Origin: Eledone cirrhosa | Taxonomy: Eukaryota | Direction of reading: 5' to 3' | Assembly (NCBI GenBank): GCA_964016885.1 | Contig: OZ024747.1 | Location: forward strand, 4,836,001-4,900,000 | Length of the DNA stretch: 64,000 bases | Translations under genes and position numbers: made by a program | Shown: positions 60,392-64,000 of the stretch, one piece after another | Layout of the letters: each line of letters starts with the position of its first letter | How positions within the stretch are numbered: position 1 is the stretch's first letter | The notes under the pieces: generated by a model | Seen by the model: only the letters and a program-made list of their open reading frames with translations | Database searches by the model: none | Told to the model about the DNA's origin: nothing

Positions 60392-60977
60392 GTAACATGT
60401 ATCCCAGTACAACCTGTCCCATGGTCGGGTCGTTGGCGACTAAACTGGCAACCCCACCAAGGTTTCTTGGTGAGGAGGGTGACTTTGGACATCCTGCAGG
60501 ACTAAAAACAAAACCTGTCAAGGGGCAAAGGAGCTCTTAAGAGTCAATGGCTATCCAAAATCAACGGGAGAGATGACACCTTAGCCTTCGTCAAGGCACA
60601 ATTCTAGGAGAAGGAAAACTCTGATATAACACCTGCAACCCTGATGGTATCCAATGATGCTGACTTGTTCTTCTTTTTGGTAAATATCATCTTGGTTAAG
60701 AGAGTGGGACTGGCTTTGTGCAGTGCCTTTGCTCACTATAAAAGCTTCACGGCACAGGCATTGCTTTATATCTGGAGATCTCTCTGCACTTGTTGTCACA
60801 TGGTACCATGGGCCCAGCACTATGTGTCAATAATTGTCACAAGTGTAGTGTTTGTACCAGAGTTTTCAAGTCGCTGGCTGGACTAAAAAGTCACACTCGT
60901 TCAGCGTATCGGTAGGGGTTCTCCTACATGGATATAAAGTAGTGGCCGTACTCGAAAACGAGTTGGCAGCCACCATG
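60392..60977 (+). mobile_element. RTE-derived non-autonomous SINE (~590 bp) with (TATG)n tail
   Basis: Contains the RTE 5'UTR-type motif AGCCTT..CAAGGCA..CTAGGAGAAGGAAAACTCTGA, a 3' hairpin ACTCG-AAAA-CGAGT and a (TATG)n tail; near-identical copies at 62297-62891 and 62961-63546. Confidence 0.8.
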
Positions 60978-61433
60978 TATCTATGTATTTATGTATGTAT
61001 GTATGTATGTAGGTATGTATGTGTGTATGTGTGTATGTATGTATGTATGTGTGTGTGTATGTATGTAGGTATGTATGTATGTATGTGTGTATGTATGTAT
61101 GTATGTATGTATATATGTATGTGTGTATAAATGTATGTGTGTATGTATGTATGTATGTATGTATGTATGTATGTATGTATGTGTGTATGTATGTGTGTAT
61201 GTATGTATGTATGTGTGTATGTATGTATGTGTGTATGTATGTATGTGTGTATGTATGTATGTATGTATGTATTATATATGTATGTATGTATGTGTGTATG
61301 TGTGTATAAATGTATCTATGTATATAAACAAGATTTCAATACATGTAACAGAATATATTTGGGCTCTGTATATAACGCATAGCGGTTTCTTTTTTCTTTT
61401 TTTTTCTTGATCTATTTCTTTGGAAACTCTTCG

Positions 61434-61498
<65 letters not shown>

Positions 61499-61606
61499 CT
61501 TAATACATTAACAGAGAAAGCTTTTAGCGATACTCCGACCGACTACCATCACACTCAACAAACATTAGGATATACCTGAGTATAATCCCAATTAAATATA
61601 TTTATA

Positions 61607-61645
<39 letters not shown>

Positions 61646-61766
61646 CACATATATATTCTTAATTTTAATGAACCAGAGGAGTAGAATTTGTCCAAGATCG
61701 CCGTTTGCAGCCTACTCAGAAATCTTATTTTATAAATATAAATCTGTATATCCATATATATGTAAA

Positions 61767-61913
<147 letters not shown>

Positions 61914-62296
61914 ACACTTATTACATACTACAGTTTTGGAATGCTTCACATAACAGCATGTAACTATAATTTACTAATTAGCTGCAGTTTTTCTCTTATT
62001 GGAACGGAGGGCAGTTTGTGATATCCACATGTACCAAGAATTACCGATATGTATCGAAAATTATTGGCTGACTGAACAAATCAATATGAAACAAAAAATG
62101 AAACGTTTATCGATATTTACTGAAACACATTGAGATCGTCTTTGTTTTTAGGTTCATATATTCATGTTGTCATGAGTTGGGTGGTAGGATTCTGTTATAG
62201 ATGCCAACCTTTTTACTAACCTCTTAGGACATGAATGGATACTGTGTAAAAAGGATACACAAGGGCAACATACATATATACATAAATACATACACA

Positions 62297-62891
62297 CATG
62301 GTGGCTGCCAACTCGTTTTCGAGTACGGCCACTACTTTATATCCATGTAGGAGAACCCCTACCGATGCGCTGAACGAGTGTGACTTTTTAGTCCAGCCAG
62401 CGACTTAAAAACTCTGGTACAAACACTACACTTGTGACAATTATTGACACATAGTGCTGGGCCCATGGTACCATGTGACGACAAGTGCAGAGAGATCTCC
62501 AGATATAAAGCAATGCCTGTGCCGTGAAGCTTTTATAGTGAGCAAAGGCACTGCACAAAACCAGTCCCACTCTCTTAACCAAGATGATATTTACCAAAAA
62601 GAAGAACAAGTCAACATCATTGGATACCATCAGAGTTGCAGGTGTTATATCAGAGTTTTCCTTCTCCTAGAATTCTGCCTTGACAAAGGCTAAGGGGTCA
62701 TCTCTCCCGGTGATTTTGGATGGCCATTGACTCTGAAGAGCTCCTTTGCCCTTTGATAGGTTTTGTTTTTAGTCCTGCAGGATGTCCAACGTCACCCTCC
62801 TCACCAAGAAAGCTTGGTAGGGTTGCCAATTTAGTCGCCAACGACCCGACCATGAGACAGGTTGTACTGGGATACATGTTACCAGTAGCAC
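62297..62891 (-). mobile_element. RTE-derived SINE copy
   Basis: Reverse complement of 60392-60977 with few substitutions. Confidence 0.85.
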
Positions 62892-62960
62892 CAGTACATA
62901 CATACATACATACATACATACATACATACATACATACATACATACATACATACATACATA

Positions 62961-63542
62961 CATGGTGGCTGCCAACTCGTTTTCGAGTACGGCCACTACT
63001 TTATATCCATGTAGGAGAACCCCTACCGATGCGCTGAACGAGTGTGACTTTTTAGTCCAGCCAGCGACTTGAAAACTCTGGTACAAACACTACACTTGTG
63101 ACAATTACTGACACATAGTGCTGGGCCCATGGTACCATGTGACGACAAGTGCAGAGAGATCTCCAGATATAAAGCAATGCCTGTGCCGTGAAGCTTTTAT
63201 AGTGAGCAAAGGCACTGCACAAAGCCAGTCCCACTCTCTTAACCAAGATGATATTTACCAAAAAGAAGAACAATTCAACATCATTGGATACCATCAGGGT
63301 TGCAGGTGTTATATCAGAGTTTTCCTTCTCCTAGAATTCTGCCTTGACAAAGGCTAAGGGGTCATCTCTCCCGGTGATTTTGGATGGCCATTGACTCTTA
63401 AGAGCTCCTTTGCCCTTTGACAGGTTTTGTTTTTAGTCCTGCAGGATGTCCAAAGTAACCCTCCTCACCAAGAAACCTTGGTGGGGTTGCCAGTTTAGTC
63501 GCCAACGACCCGACCATGGGACAGGTTGTACTGGGATACATG

Positions 63543-63546
<4 letters not shown>
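62961..63546 (-). mobile_element. RTE-derived SINE copy, tandem with 62297-62891
   Basis: Same element; separated from the previous copy by (TACA)n. Confidence 0.85.
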
Positions 63547-63573
<27 letters not shown>

Positions 63574-63596
63574 CATACATACATACATACATACAT

Positions 63597-63828
63597 ACCA
63601 ACCCGCTTGGACCAATGTATAACTGAACTTGGATTTGCGGACAAAGAGCGCAGGTGCCTAATTCATAGTCTACAAATGGCTGCGATAGCTGGCACCTTCA
63701 AAATTTGCAAAACATTCTTGCGATTCAAGGGATGACAATTTCTTTTCTTTTACAACCTTGCCAACAGGAAGGTGGCCGGTCAAAAATATACTCGTAATTA
63801 AGAGAAGGAGATAACATACATACATACA
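63597..63828 (+). mobile_element. 5'-truncated RLE non-LTR retrotransposon 3' end (R4/NeSL-like)
   Basis: PTRLDQCITELGFADKERRCLIHSLQMAAIAGTFKICKTFLRFKG* (stop ends 63735) resembles RLE-domain termini (L..LG...LQ..A..GT.KI.+.FL); short UTR ends in (ACAT)n. Confidence 0.65.
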
Positions 63829-63879
63829 TTAATATGCATATAATTCAGGCTGGAAACAACAGAAAAGACTTACTTTTAA

Positions 63880-64000
63880 CCCTTTAGCATTTAAACCAAC
63901 CATATCCAACCAGAATTCTCTCACTTCGTTCTGTTCGAACCAGCCATAACTGGCTGCCCACAATTATGTTAAGGTATTGTTCTCAAAATAAATAGTATCA
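63880..64000 (+). mobile_element. piggyBac-like MITE left end, cut by the window edge
   Basis: TTAA|CCCTTTAGCATTTAAACC, consistent with a TTAA target and CCC terminus. Confidence 0.45.

Overview
This is eukaryotic, repeat-saturated non-coding DNA (intron or gene desert) with a 200-N scaffold gap at 14368-14567. The extreme (TA)n/(CA)n/(GA)n/(TACA)n/(TAC)n load and the SINE types suggest a coleoid cephalopod, probably an octopod; this is an inference, not a database result. I cannot support any intact host protein-coding gene, and almost every ORF in the track is a microsatellite or minisatellite artefact. Recognisable content: several minisatellites, about 20 SINE copies from three or more families, a non-autonomous Helitron, several MITEs, and short 3' fragments of CRE/R4-like, RTE and Tx1/L1-like LINEs. 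The most interesting signal is a set of self-cleaving-ribozyme motifs read by eye. (i) Several sequence-unrelated, (TA)n-inserted Penelope-like/retrozyme elements carry type I hammerheads with palindromic stem III. The best is an almost intact 591-nt tandem unit at 9971-11036 with two hammerheads carrying a U3-A8 core variant. (ii) A recently amplified RTE-derived SINE (55682-63546, four copies) starts inside an HDV-like ribozyme. Ribozyme folds were paired manually and their activity is untested.
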